Positions 20,017 to 28,547 of a stretch of 64,000 nucleotides of DNA are shown piece after piece. How positions within the stretch are numbered: the first letter of the stretch is position 1; each line of letters begins with the position of its first letter. The stretch lies in NCBI GenBank assembly GCA_964632945.1, contig CAZWCX010000022.1, positions 1-64,000 on the forward strand, in the 5' to 3' direction. The stretch is from an uncultured Planctomycetia bacterium. GTDB lineage: Bacteria > Planctomycetota > MHYJ01 > WSZJ01 > CAZWCX01. Below the pieces are notes generated by a model. That model saw nothing but the letters and a program-made list of their open reading frames with translations, made no database searches and was not told the origin of the DNA. A program made the translations under genes and the position numbers.

Positions 20017-21255
20017 CTACTTCGGCTGGCTTTTCGCTCCGTCGGCGGGATTTCCGGATCGGCCCGCCTTGCCGAGAGCGATCCCGAGCGCGAGGATGGC
20101 GGCCGCGATCAGCACCGCCGCCAGCCAGCCCCATCCTGCCAGTTTCGATGCGCTTCCCGCGGTTGCCGCGGCCGCCGCCCTGGGGCCGGGCTCGAGCCAC
20201 CGACCCAGATCCGCCGCCATCTCGCGGGCGGTCGGATACCGGTCCTTCGGTCGCCGCGCCATCGCCTTCAGGCAGATTCTCTCCAGCGACTCGGGCACGG
20301 TCGGATCGATCGACCGCGGGGGGGAAGGCTTTCCCTCCAGCACGCGGGCGAGCAGTTCGACCAGGTTGGCGGCCTGATACGGCGCGCGATCGGTGAGCAT
20401 CTCGTACAGGATCACTCCGAGCGAGTACACGTCTCCCGCCGGACCCGCCGGCTCTTTCGTGCCGTCCAGCCGCTCCGGCGCCATGTACTTCGGCGTCCCC
20501 AGCACCTCCCGAGTGTCGGTGAGCGGATCGTCGTCCACCAGGCTCTTGGCCAGTCCCAGGTCCATCACCCGCACCCGTCCCAGTTCGTCGATGCGGACAT
20601 TCGCAGGCTTGAGATCCCGGTGCACGACCTGGCGCTCGTGCGCGTGGGCCACCGCCTCGGCGACCGCGTGCACGATCTCGACCCGCGGTCGCAGCCCCGC
20701 CGGCGCCCCATCCTTCATCAGCTCGTTCAGATTCCGGCCGCCCACGAACGCCATGGCGATGTAGGGGACGCCGTCCGACATGCCGATGTCGTGAATCGGC
20801 ACGATTCCGGGGTGTTCGAGTGCTGCAGCCGTGCGAGCCTCCCGGAACAGCCGCTCCACGAGGTGCGGCACGACTCCCTCGCCGATCCGCACCGTCTTGA
20901 CCGCGACCTCGCGCTTCAGGACGGTGTCCTCCGCGCGATACACCACGCCCATCCCGCCCCGACCAAGTTCCTGCAACAGCAGGTATCGCCCCAACCGGTT
21001 GCCGCCCCTTCCCGCCGAACCGCCGGCCCCGGAAGCCGCGTCGGTGGGGTTCGCCCGCGCCTCTTCCTGGTACGCGCGAGCCACTTGGGCGCATTGGGCC
21101 GCCGTCAGCGCACCGCGCTCCCGCAGCCATTGTTCGAGCGGAACCGTGGGCGCCGTCGCCGCGCGGGCGGCGCGCTGCGTCTCGAGTTCGCGGTCCGTCA
21201 GGAACCCGCACGACACGGCGAGTTCTCCAAAGCGCACGTCGACCTTCTCGCTCAT
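20017..21255 (-). CDS. Ser/Thr protein kinase with N-terminal MshEN-like motif pair and C-terminal TM anchor
   Basis: Hanks kinase motifs: GRGGMGVVYRAED, VAVK, HRDLKPANV, DLGLA, GTPKYMAPE. The N-terminus (RFGELAVSCGFLTDRELETQRAARAA…LEQWLRERGALTAAQCAQVARAYQEE) fits the GspE_N/MshEN pattern. The C-terminus has the TM helix WGWLAAVLIAAAILALGIAL. Confidence 0.85.
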   Translation of the reverse strand: MSEKVDVRFGELAVSCGFLTDRELETQRAARAATAPTVPLEQWLRERGALTAAQCAQVARAYQEEARANPTDAASGAGGSAGRGGNRLGRYLLLQELGRGGMGVVYRAEDTVLKREVAVKTVRIGEGVVPHLVERLFREARTAAALEHPGIVPIHDIGMSDGVPYIAMAFVGGRNLNELMKDGAPAGLRPRVEIVHAVAEAVAHAHERQVVHRDLKPANVRIDELGRVRVMDLGLAKSLVDDDPLTDTREVLGTPKYMAPERLDGTKEPAGPAGDVYSLGVILYEMLTDRAPYQAANLVELLARVLEGKPSPPRSIDPTVPESLERICLKAMARRPKDRYPTAREMAADLGRWLEPGPRAAAAATAGSASKLAGWGWLAAVLIAAAILALGIALGKAGRSGNPADGAKSQPK

Positions 21256-21497
21256 GGGTGTTTTCCTGCCGTGAAGTGGGCTGCGGAAGCATACCCGCGT
21301 CCGGTCATGGGCGCAAGGGGCGGCTGGACCGGGATCCGCGGTGGACCGTCCCTCCCGCTGTCCTCCGCAATGGACGGTATGCGCCGGTTCGACGGGTTCC
21401 CGAGTACGGGCTGAGGTCCGCAGGTCCCCGGCAGGACATGGGTTGCGGCCTTCCTCGAGCGGAAAGGGGCGCGCGGCATCCTGAGTGCTGTGTCTTG

Positions 21498-21528
21498 TCC
21501 CGTCACGGGATCGGAAACAGTCGACGGG
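21498..21528 (+). promoter_or_regulatory. Palindrome/inverted-repeat operator candidate
   Basis: The palindrome TCCCGTcACGGGA (21498..21510) and the related GTCGACGGG motif sit ~35–65 nt upstream of a strong RBS and gene 21563..21901. The intergenic region is divergent. Confidence 0.25.
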
Positions 21529-21562
21529 AACGTCATCTCTCTCTAGGGGAAGGAGGCCCAAG

Positions 21563-21901
21563 ATGGACCCCCGGACACCTCATGCGCGGGAGCGACGGGC
21601 GCGCGCCGGGATTCAGGCGAAGGGAATCTATCGGGAAATCTACACCCGGATCCTCTTGCAGGCGTACATGCGCCGGCAGCGGAGTCCGAATCGGTTCGGC
21701 GCGGAGCCGCGGCCGCCGCAGGCCGCCGATCGCGCGGCGTCCGCTCCGGAGTCACCGGCGATGAAACCGGTCGAGCGCCCCGCCTCGGGGTCGGGGCTCG
21801 AGGATCACGAGCGCCTCACCGCCCACTTCGAGGGACTGCGCCGGCGGCTCTTCCGGACTGGACCGGGTGCGGGACTGGGCCCCACCTGCGCGCCCGCGTA
21901 G
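21563..21901 (+). CDS. Hypothetical protein (112 aa)
   Basis: GGAAGGAGG RBS 6 nt upstream of the ATG. The N-terminal half is basic; no family recognised. Confidence 0.4.
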   Translation: MDPRTPHARERRARAGIQAKGIYREIYTRILLQAYMRRQRSPNRFGAEPRPPQAADRAASAPESPAMKPVERPASGSGLEDHERLTAHFEGLRRRLFRTGPGAGLGPTCAPA

Positions 21902-22092
21902 CCGGCGCCGCCGGGGTGACACCGGAGGTCCGCCGCGATCCCGAGCGCTTCGGGGGAGGGGATGCGTGGCTCGTTGGATGGCGTGGAGCCGGCGGGAATT
22001 CAACGCAATCCGCTGCGAGTGCGACCCGCGACGGATGGCCGAAGCCGGTTGCAGCCGCCCCCCCCCGTTTGTTATAGTCCGGTCGACCCCGG

Positions 22093-24504
22093 ATGCGAGG
22101 GACACGACCGGACATGTCATCGTCCGCCATTGCCTGCCCGATCTGCCACGCCAGCGCTCCCGCGAGCGCAAAGATCTGCCCGATTTGCGCCTCGCCGCTT
22201 CACGTGGACCCCCTCGAGGACTCTTCGACCAACGGCTCGGGCGTGGAGCCCGGGGAACTGACCCCGGGCGTCGTGATCGACGGAAAGTACCAGATCCTCG
22301 AAAAGCTCGGCACCGGCGGGTTCGGAGACGTCTTCCGGGTTCGCCACCTCATGCTCCATCGCGAGCTCGCGCTCAAGACCCTGCACGCCTACCTGGCCGC
22401 CGAGAAGGCCATGCGCGACCGCTTCTTCCGCGAGGCGCGCGTGCTGATGGACCTCATGCATCCCAACCTGGTTACGATGCGCGAGGTGGGGCAGTGGCGC
22501 GGCCTGTTGTTCATGGTGATGGACCTCTGTCCGGGCGAGACCCTGGCCACCATCCTGGAGAAGCGCAAGCGCATCCCCGGTGCGGAGGCGATTCGCATGG
22601 TCCTCCCCGTGCTGCGCGCGCTGGACTACGCCCACCGCAAGGGCGTCGTACACCGGGACCTGAAGCCCGCGAACCTGATGCTGTTCCGGGACGAAAAGTG
22701 GAACCCGGACATCCGCATCCTCGACTTCGGCATTGCCAAGTTGCTCGACCGCTCGGAAGTGGATGAGGAAACCGGCGCGGTGGCGGCAACCGGCGGGATG
22801 CTGGTCGGCACTCCGCAGTATATGAGCCCCGAGCAGGCCCAGGGACAACCGATCGATGCCCGGACCGACCTCTACGCGATGGGAGTCATCCTGTACCTTC
22901 TCGTGACCGGAAAGCAGCCGTTCCGGGGCGCAAACCCCGCGGAGATCATGAAGCAGGTCCTCCTCGATCCGCCTCCGCCCTTCTCGAGGTGGGGAGTCGA
23001 AGACGACCCGCCTGGGCTGGAGGCGGTGCTGTATCGGGTGTTGGCGAAGTCTCCGGCGGACCGACCGTCGAGCGGTCAGGAATTGGTGGATGGCCTCGAG
23101 GCCCTCCTCAAGAAGGGGCCGGAAACCGCGGCGCCGGCGAAGCCGCTGCCGGCGCCTCCGAAGTCGAGTTCTTTGGCCTCGGAATCGTCCCGCGTTCTCC
23201 CGCTCCAGGCGCCGGTTTCCCCGCCGACCCGTTCCATGCTGCGAACGGATACGCCGCCTCCCTCGCCGCCAGCGTCTGCTCCCGAGCCCGTGGAGCCGAA
23301 GCCCGCCGCGCCTTCCCGGGAATCCAGTTCCGCGGTGAAATCGACCGATTCCGGATCGAGCTCCTCGCCGCTGCTGCCCACTCCGACGACGGACGTCCGC
23401 AGCACGACCATCCGGGTGAAGCCGCCCTCGAAGCCGAGCTACGCGCCGGTGGCGCCCCGTACGACGCCGGTGCGGGTATCCTGGGCCCCGACTCTCTTCG
23501 TCCTGGCGCTCCTCGGTGTCGGCGCGGCCTGGAGCATGGGCTGGCTGCCGACGATCGACCGGCTCATCGCGCCCGGGAATGGAACGACTCCGGTCGGACC
23601 CGGGAACCTCACGCCGCCCGCCAATACCGTGCGGGAAGATCCGGAGGTGCGTGCCGCGCTGGACGATGCCGAGAGAATCCGCCGTGAGTCCGGCCCCGTG
23701 AAGCGGGATGGCGAGGAAGGCTCCGTTCGCCGAGAAGGACTGAGCTACCTGGGGAAGAATCCGGCGGGCCGGGAAGAGTACCTTCATGAGAAGTCCGGGG
23801 TTGTGCTCGTCCTCCTGCCCGCCGGGCAGTTCACGATGGGCAGTCCCGAGGACGAGAAGGAACGGGATCCGGAGGAGCGTCCGCACGTCGTTAGGATTTC
23901 CCGGCCGTTCCTGATGGGCAAGACGGAAGTCACGAACGCGCAGTACCGCCGTTTTCGCAAAGGTCACGCCTGTCAGCCCCAATTCGATCATGACCAGTGG
24001 CCCGTGGTCGGGGTGAGTTGGACGGAAGCGAACGCGTACTGTGAATGGGCGGGGCTCCGCCTGCCGACGGAGGCGGAGTGGGAGTATGCCGCGCGGGGCG
24101 GGGATGGGCGCGTGTTCCCATGGGGGGAGAAGTGGCCGCCGCCGAAAGGAGCGGGGAACTTTGCCGACCTTTCGGCGAAGAAGCGGACCGACCTGCCGGC
24201 GGTGCTCGAAGATTACGACGACGGTTGCGACATTACGACCGCCGTGGGGCGCAGCACGGTGAACCCCTTCTCGCTGCACGACGTCGCGGGCAACGTCATG
24301 GAGTGGTGCTCGGACTGGATGGGGCCTTACCCCGCGGTTGCGGGAGCCGATCCGCAAGGTCCGTCGATCGGCCGTGACCGGGTCCTGCGTGGCGGATCGT
24401 GGGGGACCAACAACCGCTGGGCCCTGCGCTGCGCCCGCCGGATCGGCTATGCGCCGGACGTGTCCAATTTGAAGATCGGATTCCGCGTCTGTTTGACTCC
24501 GTGA
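22093..24504 (+). CDS. Ser/Thr kinase – TM – extracellular FGE-sulfatase-like domain fusion, with N-terminal zinc ribbon
   Basis: CPICHASAPASAKICPICASP zinc ribbon; kinase motifs (GTGGFGDVFRV, HRDLKPANLM, DFGIAK, GTPQYMSPE); Pro/Ser-rich linker; TM helix (TLFVLALLGVGAAWSMGWL). The C-terminal ~300 aa match the FGE-sulfatase fold (…WPVVGVSWTEANAYCEWAGLRLPTEAEWEYAARGG…RVLRGGSWGT…). Alternative start at 22114. Confidence 0.85.
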   Translation: MRGTRPDMSSSAIACPICHASAPASAKICPICASPLHVDPLEDSSTNGSGVEPGELTPGVVIDGKYQILEKLGTGGFGDVFRVRHLMLHRELALKTLHAYLAAEKAMRDRFFREARVLMDLMHPNLVTMREVGQWRGLLFMVMDLCPGETLATILEKRKRIPGAEAIRMVLPVLRALDYAHRKGVVHRDLKPANLMLFRDEKWNPDIRILDFGIAKLLDRSEVDEETGAVAATGGMLVGTPQYMSPEQAQGQPIDARTDLYAMGVILYLLVTGKQPFRGANPAEIMKQVLLDPPPPFSRWGVEDDPPGLEAVLYRVLAKSPADRPSSGQELVDGLEALLKKGPETAAPAKPLPAPPKSSSLASESSRVLPLQAPVSPPTRSMLRTDTPPPSPPASAPEPVEPKPAAPSRESSSAVKSTDSGSSSSPLLPTPTTDVRSTTIRVKPPSKPSYAPVAPRTTPVRVSWAPTLFVLALLGVGAAWSMGWLPTIDRLIAPGNGTTPVGPGNLTPPANTVREDPEVRAALDDAERIRRESGPVKRDGEEGSVRREGLSYLGKNPAGREEYLHEKSGVVLVLLPAGQFTMGSPEDEKERDPEERPHVVRISRPFLMGKTEVTNAQYRRFRKGHACQPQFDHDQWPVVGVSWTEANAYCEWAGLRLPTEAEWEYAARGGDGRVFPWGEKWPPPKGAGNFADLSAKKRTDLPAVLEDYDDGCDITTAVGRSTVNPFSLHDVAGNVMEWCSDWMGPYPAVAGADPQGPSIGRDRVLRGGSWGTNNRWALRCARRIGYAPDVSNLKIGFRVCLTP

Positions 24505-24510
24505 GGCGCC

Positions 24511-25521
24511 ATGGCCCCGGACGATCCGCGCCCGGCGGCCTTTCCGTGGGGCGTCTTCCTCGGCGCTTCGGTCGTTGCAGGCGCGGCCCTCGCGGCGCTC
24601 GCCGGCGGGGCGCGGGAATTCGCGGACCTCGGTCCGTTCGGTTGGGCGATCCTGCTCGCCGGTTGTGCCCCCGCGTTCGGCGCGGAGATGGCCTGGGGAG
24701 TTCCCGCGACGGCAGCGGCATTGCGCGCCTGGATCGCGGAGCGGCCGCGGGCCTGGATCGCAGCCGGGCTTGCGCCGGCAGGGTTCCTGATTCTCGCCGG
24801 CGCGGCGGCGGGCCGATTCGATCCGTACGTTGCGGCCATCGTCGCGGTCGCCGGGGTGGCCGCCTTCGGCGCCCTCCGCGCGCGCGGGGATGCCCCCTTC
24901 GGTTGGCCGGACGCCGCGATCTGGATGCTCCTCTGGATTCCCTTCGACCTGCGCGGGACCTACGCGCTCTGGCCCGGCCCGAGGGAACTCGCCTATCCGT
25001 GGTGGGCCGCGGCGATCACCGTCTTCGCTCTCCTCGGCTGGGGCGGTCTCCGCCGCCACGGGGGGCTCGACTGGCGTCTGCTGCCGAACCGTCAGGACGG
25101 CGCGGCCACGGGGATCGCGCTCGGCGCGTTGCTCCTGCTCGTCGTTCCGGTCGGATTGGGCATCGGCTTCCTGCATTTCCCGCCTCGTCAGGCGCCGGCG
25201 GTCGGTGAGGTCATCGCGCAGTTCCTCGGTCTCGTCTTCACGGTCGCGCTCCCCGAGGAAGTGTTCTTTCGCGGCCTTCTCCTGCGCGGGCTCGAGACCG
25301 CCACCCGCCGCCCCGGAATGGCGCAGGCGGTCTCCGCCGTCGCGTTCGGGTTGATGCACTGGAACAATGCCGGGGCCACCGGGGAGCGCATCGCGTATTG
25401 CGCCCTGGCCACCGTGGCGGGCGCCATCTACGGTTGGTCGTACCGCCGGACGGGAAGTCTCACGGCGCCTGTGCTCGTGCATGCCCTGACCGACCTGGTG
25501 TGGAAGTTCGTCTTCCGGTGA
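24511..25521 (+). CDS. CPBP family intramembrane metalloprotease (CAAX protease-like)
   Basis: Starts 7 nt after the kinase–FGE stop. Eight hydrophobic helices with motifs EEVFFRGLLL, FGLMH and HALTD. Confidence 0.75.
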   Translation: MAPDDPRPAAFPWGVFLGASVVAGAALAALAGGAREFADLGPFGWAILLAGCAPAFGAEMAWGVPATAAALRAWIAERPRAWIAAGLAPAGFLILAGAAAGRFDPYVAAIVAVAGVAAFGALRARGDAPFGWPDAAIWMLLWIPFDLRGTYALWPGPRELAYPWWAAAITVFALLGWGGLRRHGGLDWRLLPNRQDGAATGIALGALLLLVVPVGLGIGFLHFPPRQAPAVGEVIAQFLGLVFTVALPEEVFFRGLLLRGLETATRRPGMAQAVSAVAFGLMHWNNAGATGERIAYCALATVAGAIYGWSYRRTGSLTAPVLVHALTDLVWKFVFR

Positions 25522-25606
25522 GGACGGCGCCCGGGGGCGCGTGCGGAACGGTTTCCGGACGGGGCAGCGACGGGGCGTGGCCGCGGCGCATGTCTGCGGC
25601 CGCCGC

Positions 25607-25963
25607 TCACGCGAGCCGAATCCAGGGGCGGGGTTCCGGACGGACGAAGACGTAGGCCCCCGCCGGCCCTCGCGGCCCGACGAGCCAGCACTCGTCCCCG
25701 TCCCGCCGCAGCCACAGGCGCGCCCGCTCCGCCTCATCGGGCTCGATCGGAATCCCGCGGCCCTCGTCCCGCACCGCGTCCCGGACCTCGAGCAACGCCG
25801 CCGCGGTGGTCGCCTCGAGGCGCATCTCCCGCAGCGCGCCGTCGGTCAGCAGGAGCCGCAGTTGCGTCCGGCGCGCGGCCTTCGCGAGGTCCCAGAGTTC
25901 CGGAACGGGGAGGAGGCGGTCCCCGGGATACTCCCATTCGATGCGGACCACGAAGACGTTCAT
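25607..25963 (-). CDS. Hypothetical protein (118 aa)
   Basis: The C-terminal 118 codons of an otherwise antisense ORF read as genuine protein (MNVFVVRIEWEYPGDRLLPVPELWDLAKAARRTQLRLLLTDGALREM…). Weak RBS. It lies between the CPBP and ATP-grasp genes. Confidence 0.3.
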   Translation of the reverse strand: MNVFVVRIEWEYPGDRLLPVPELWDLAKAARRTQLRLLLTDGALREMRLEATTAAALLEVRDAVRDEGRGIPIEPDEAERARLWLRRDGDECWLVGPRGPAGAYVFVRPEPRPWIRLA

Positions 25964-26023
25964 GACGGCCACCCTACCGCGCCGGCGCGCTGGACGCAAG
26001 CCCCGGCCGGGCGATGTGTTGCC

Positions 26024-26053
26024 TTGACCGCGCCGGGGTGCGGTTGCTAGTCT
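26024..26053 (+). promoter_or_regulatory. Candidate sigma70-type promoter for ATP-grasp gene
   Basis: TTGACC, an 18-nt spacer, then TAGTCT, ~30 nt upstream of the GTG start at 26084. Confidence 0.25.
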
Positions 26054-26083
26054 GCCGCCGGTCCATTCGAGGCGCTGCACGCC

Positions 26084-27514
26084 GTGGCAAAGAGCCGAAA
26101 GTCCCTCCGCGAGAATCTCGACCTTCGCCTCGGACGGACCGTCAACGAGATGATGCTCCGACTTTCGCCGGACGACCTCGTGTCGATGCAGACGATCATC
26201 CGCATCGAGTCCGAGCGCGAGGACCTCGTCTACGAGGACGACGAGGGGAAGTCCCAGGTCATTCCCACTCTGCTGCGGCCGCGCATTCTGTCGCGCGAGC
26301 AGCGGCGATTCTTCCACAAAGTCTGCCTGGAGATCATCAAGGCGCTGCAGAAGCTGTATCGCCTGTGGATGACCGATCCCGAGGTGCGCGCCCTGCTGCC
26401 GCTTTCCCCGGAGGAGCAGGCGTGGTTCGATCTCATGCCGAAGAGCGCCGTCCGCGCCCCGCAATCGATCTTCGGGCGGCTGGACGTGCAGGTGGACTTC
26501 GCCGATCCGGAATGGGAAAGCCACTGCCACTTCTTCGAGGCGAACACGGTCGGCGCGGGGGGCATCCACTACACGCCGATCGTCGATCAGATCATCCAGT
26601 CCACGGTCGTGACGAAGATGCAGGAACATGCCCCGGGGTTTCTCGTGCATCCGGCCGACGATCCGCGGCAACTGCTCCTGCACACGCTGACGCACCACGC
26701 CGACGAGGTGGGTCTTCGCCGCCACAACATCGCGTTCGTCCAGGACCGTCGCACCTCCGGCGGACCGGAGGAGTTCCCCTCGATCACGCGCCACTTCCAG
26801 TCGCGGGGGCTGACCGCGCTGGTCGTGGACCCGCGCGACCTGGTGGTTCGCCGCGATGAACTCTACTGCGAGGATCAGCCGATCGACGTGCTTTACCGCG
26901 ACACGATGATTGCCGAACTTGCCGCGTACGAGGAGGAGGGCGCGGACCTGTCGGCCATGAAGTGGGCGTTCCGCGAAAATCGGGTGGTCTCCTCGATCGC
27001 CGGGGAGTTCGATCACAAAAGCGCGTTCGAGATCCTGAGCGACGCGCGGTTCCATCCGCACTTCACGGCGACCCAGCGGAAGATGTTCTCCCGCTACATC
27101 CCGTGGACGCGCACCGTCCGGGACGCGAAGACGACGGGATTTCGCGAGAGCGAGGTGGACCTGGTCCCGTTCATCCGCAAGAATCGGGAAGGGCTGGTGC
27201 TCAAGCCGAATCGGGGTCTGGGGGGCGAATCGGTCGTGATCGGTCCGTTCTGCGACATCGGGCAGTGGGACGAGGCGATCCAGACGGCCGTGCGGGAACC
27301 GGGGGAGTGGGTGGTGCAGCGTTACGTGAAGAGCCTGGTGAAGGACTTTCCGGTGCTGACCGCGGACGGGCGTTGCCAGCTCGAGGAGTTCTATTGCGTG
27401 TGCGGGTTCTACGCCACGCCCGACGGCCTGGGTATCCTGGGGCGGGCGTCGAAGAAACGCGTCGTCAACGTGGCCCAGAAGGGAGGGCTGGTCTCGTGCA
27501 TGGTGTTGAGCTGA
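26084..27514 (+). CDS. Circularly permuted ATP-grasp type 2 family protein (GTG start)
   Basis: 476-aa product with the overall pattern of the CP-ATP-grasp (COG2308-like) family (…HCHFFEANTVGAGGIHYTPIVDQ…EGLVLKPNRGLGGESVVIG…). No alpha-E or transglutaminase partner nearby. Confidence 0.65.
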   Translation: MAKSRKSLRENLDLRLGRTVNEMMLRLSPDDLVSMQTIIRIESEREDLVYEDDEGKSQVIPTLLRPRILSREQRRFFHKVCLEIIKALQKLYRLWMTDPEVRALLPLSPEEQAWFDLMPKSAVRAPQSIFGRLDVQVDFADPEWESHCHFFEANTVGAGGIHYTPIVDQIIQSTVVTKMQEHAPGFLVHPADDPRQLLLHTLTHHADEVGLRRHNIAFVQDRRTSGGPEEFPSITRHFQSRGLTALVVDPRDLVVRRDELYCEDQPIDVLYRDTMIAELAAYEEEGADLSAMKWAFRENRVVSSIAGEFDHKSAFEILSDARFHPHFTATQRKMFSRYIPWTRTVRDAKTTGFRESEVDLVPFIRKNREGLVLKPNRGLGGESVVIGPFCDIGQWDEAIQTAVREPGEWVVQRYVKSLVKDFPVLTADGRCQLEEFYCVCGFYATPDGLGILGRASKKRVVNVAQKGGLVSCMVLS

Positions 27515-27564
27515 CCCCGGCGCGGCGCGGACGCCGCGCCGCCGGGCGGGCGGCCGGCTGATCC

Positions 27565-28479
27565 ATGCCCGCGATCTGGCTCTTTCCCGCGGTGGGGACG
27601 CCGTCGCGCGTGACCGTGCGCGGGCGCGCGTTCCACGCCGATCCCGACCGCGGGTCGACCGCGCTGTCGCGCAACGTGCGCTCGATCTTCCTCGCCCGGG
27701 AGCACCCGCACGCCGACGTGATCCTTCATGTGCTCGGCGCGGCGATCGAAGCGAAAGCGGACGCGGAGGGATTCTTCTCGTGCGCGGTGCCGGCGGACAC
27801 GCGTCTCGTCCCCCTCGGTGAACATGTCGTCACGGCCGGCTACCCCGGCCAGGCGCCCTGCGGACAGGGCCGACTGTTCGTCGTGCCCGATCAGGGGATC
27901 TCGCTCGTGAGCGACCTCGACGACACGATCGCGCACACCCATGTGGCGGCGCGCGGTCGGATGGTCGAGACCGCTCTCCTGCGCGATCACTCCGACCACG
28001 AAATCGTCCCCGGGATGGCGGCCCTGTATCGGGCGCTCGCCCGCGGAGCGGTGAGCGCGTTTCACTACCTATCGGGCTCGCCCGTCGGGATGTTGCAACG
28101 CACGATCCGGCTGCTGGAGCGGCACGGGTTTCCACCCGGATCGATCGGTCTGCGCCACTACGAAACGGAACCGTTCGACCCGCTCGCGTATAAATCGCCC
28201 CGGCTCCTGGCGCTGGCGGAGGCGCTGCCCGGCCACCGGTTCGTGCTCGTCGGCGACGATGGGGAGCGCGACCCGGAAGCCTACGCGCGCCTTCGAGTCG
28301 CGCTGGGAGAGCGCGTCGCGGCGGTCTGGATCCGGCGGGTCGGCGGCGGCAGCCTCGCCGACCCGCGCCTGGCCGGCTGCGTGGCGTTCGACCGTCCCTC
28401 CCGCCTGGCCGGGGAAGCCGTTCGGCTCGGCTGGATCGACGCGGGCTCCGTCGCGGACGTCGTTCGCGCCGAGGCCTGA
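27565..28479 (+). CDS. App1-like (DUF2183) HAD/LNS2-type phosphatase
   Basis: DxDxT motif in VSDLDDTIAHTH and the downstream pattern VLVGDDGERDPEAYARL, characteristic of the APP1 catalytic domain. Confidence 0.6.
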   Translation: MPAIWLFPAVGTPSRVTVRGRAFHADPDRGSTALSRNVRSIFLAREHPHADVILHVLGAAIEAKADAEGFFSCAVPADTRLVPLGEHVVTAGYPGQAPCGQGRLFVVPDQGISLVSDLDDTIAHTHVAARGRMVETALLRDHSDHEIVPGMAALYRALARGAVSAFHYLSGSPVGMLQRTIRLLERHGFPPGSIGLRHYETEPFDPLAYKSPRLLALAEALPGHRFVLVGDDGERDPEAYARLRVALGERVAAVWIRRVGGGSLADPRLAGCVAFDRPSRLAGEAVRLGWIDAGSVADVVRAEA

Positions 28480-28547
28480 CGCGGAAAGGCCGCGCAGGCC
28501 TGCCGTGCGCCGCGGCGGGAGCCACTGCGAATCCGTCGCTTTCGCGG

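Noticed and set aside
22117-25737. 1206-aa minus-strand ORF antisense to the kinase–FGE and CPBP genes
   Set aside because: Arg/Gly/Pro-rich low-complexity translation. The opposite strand carries clear kinase, FGE and CPBP motifs.
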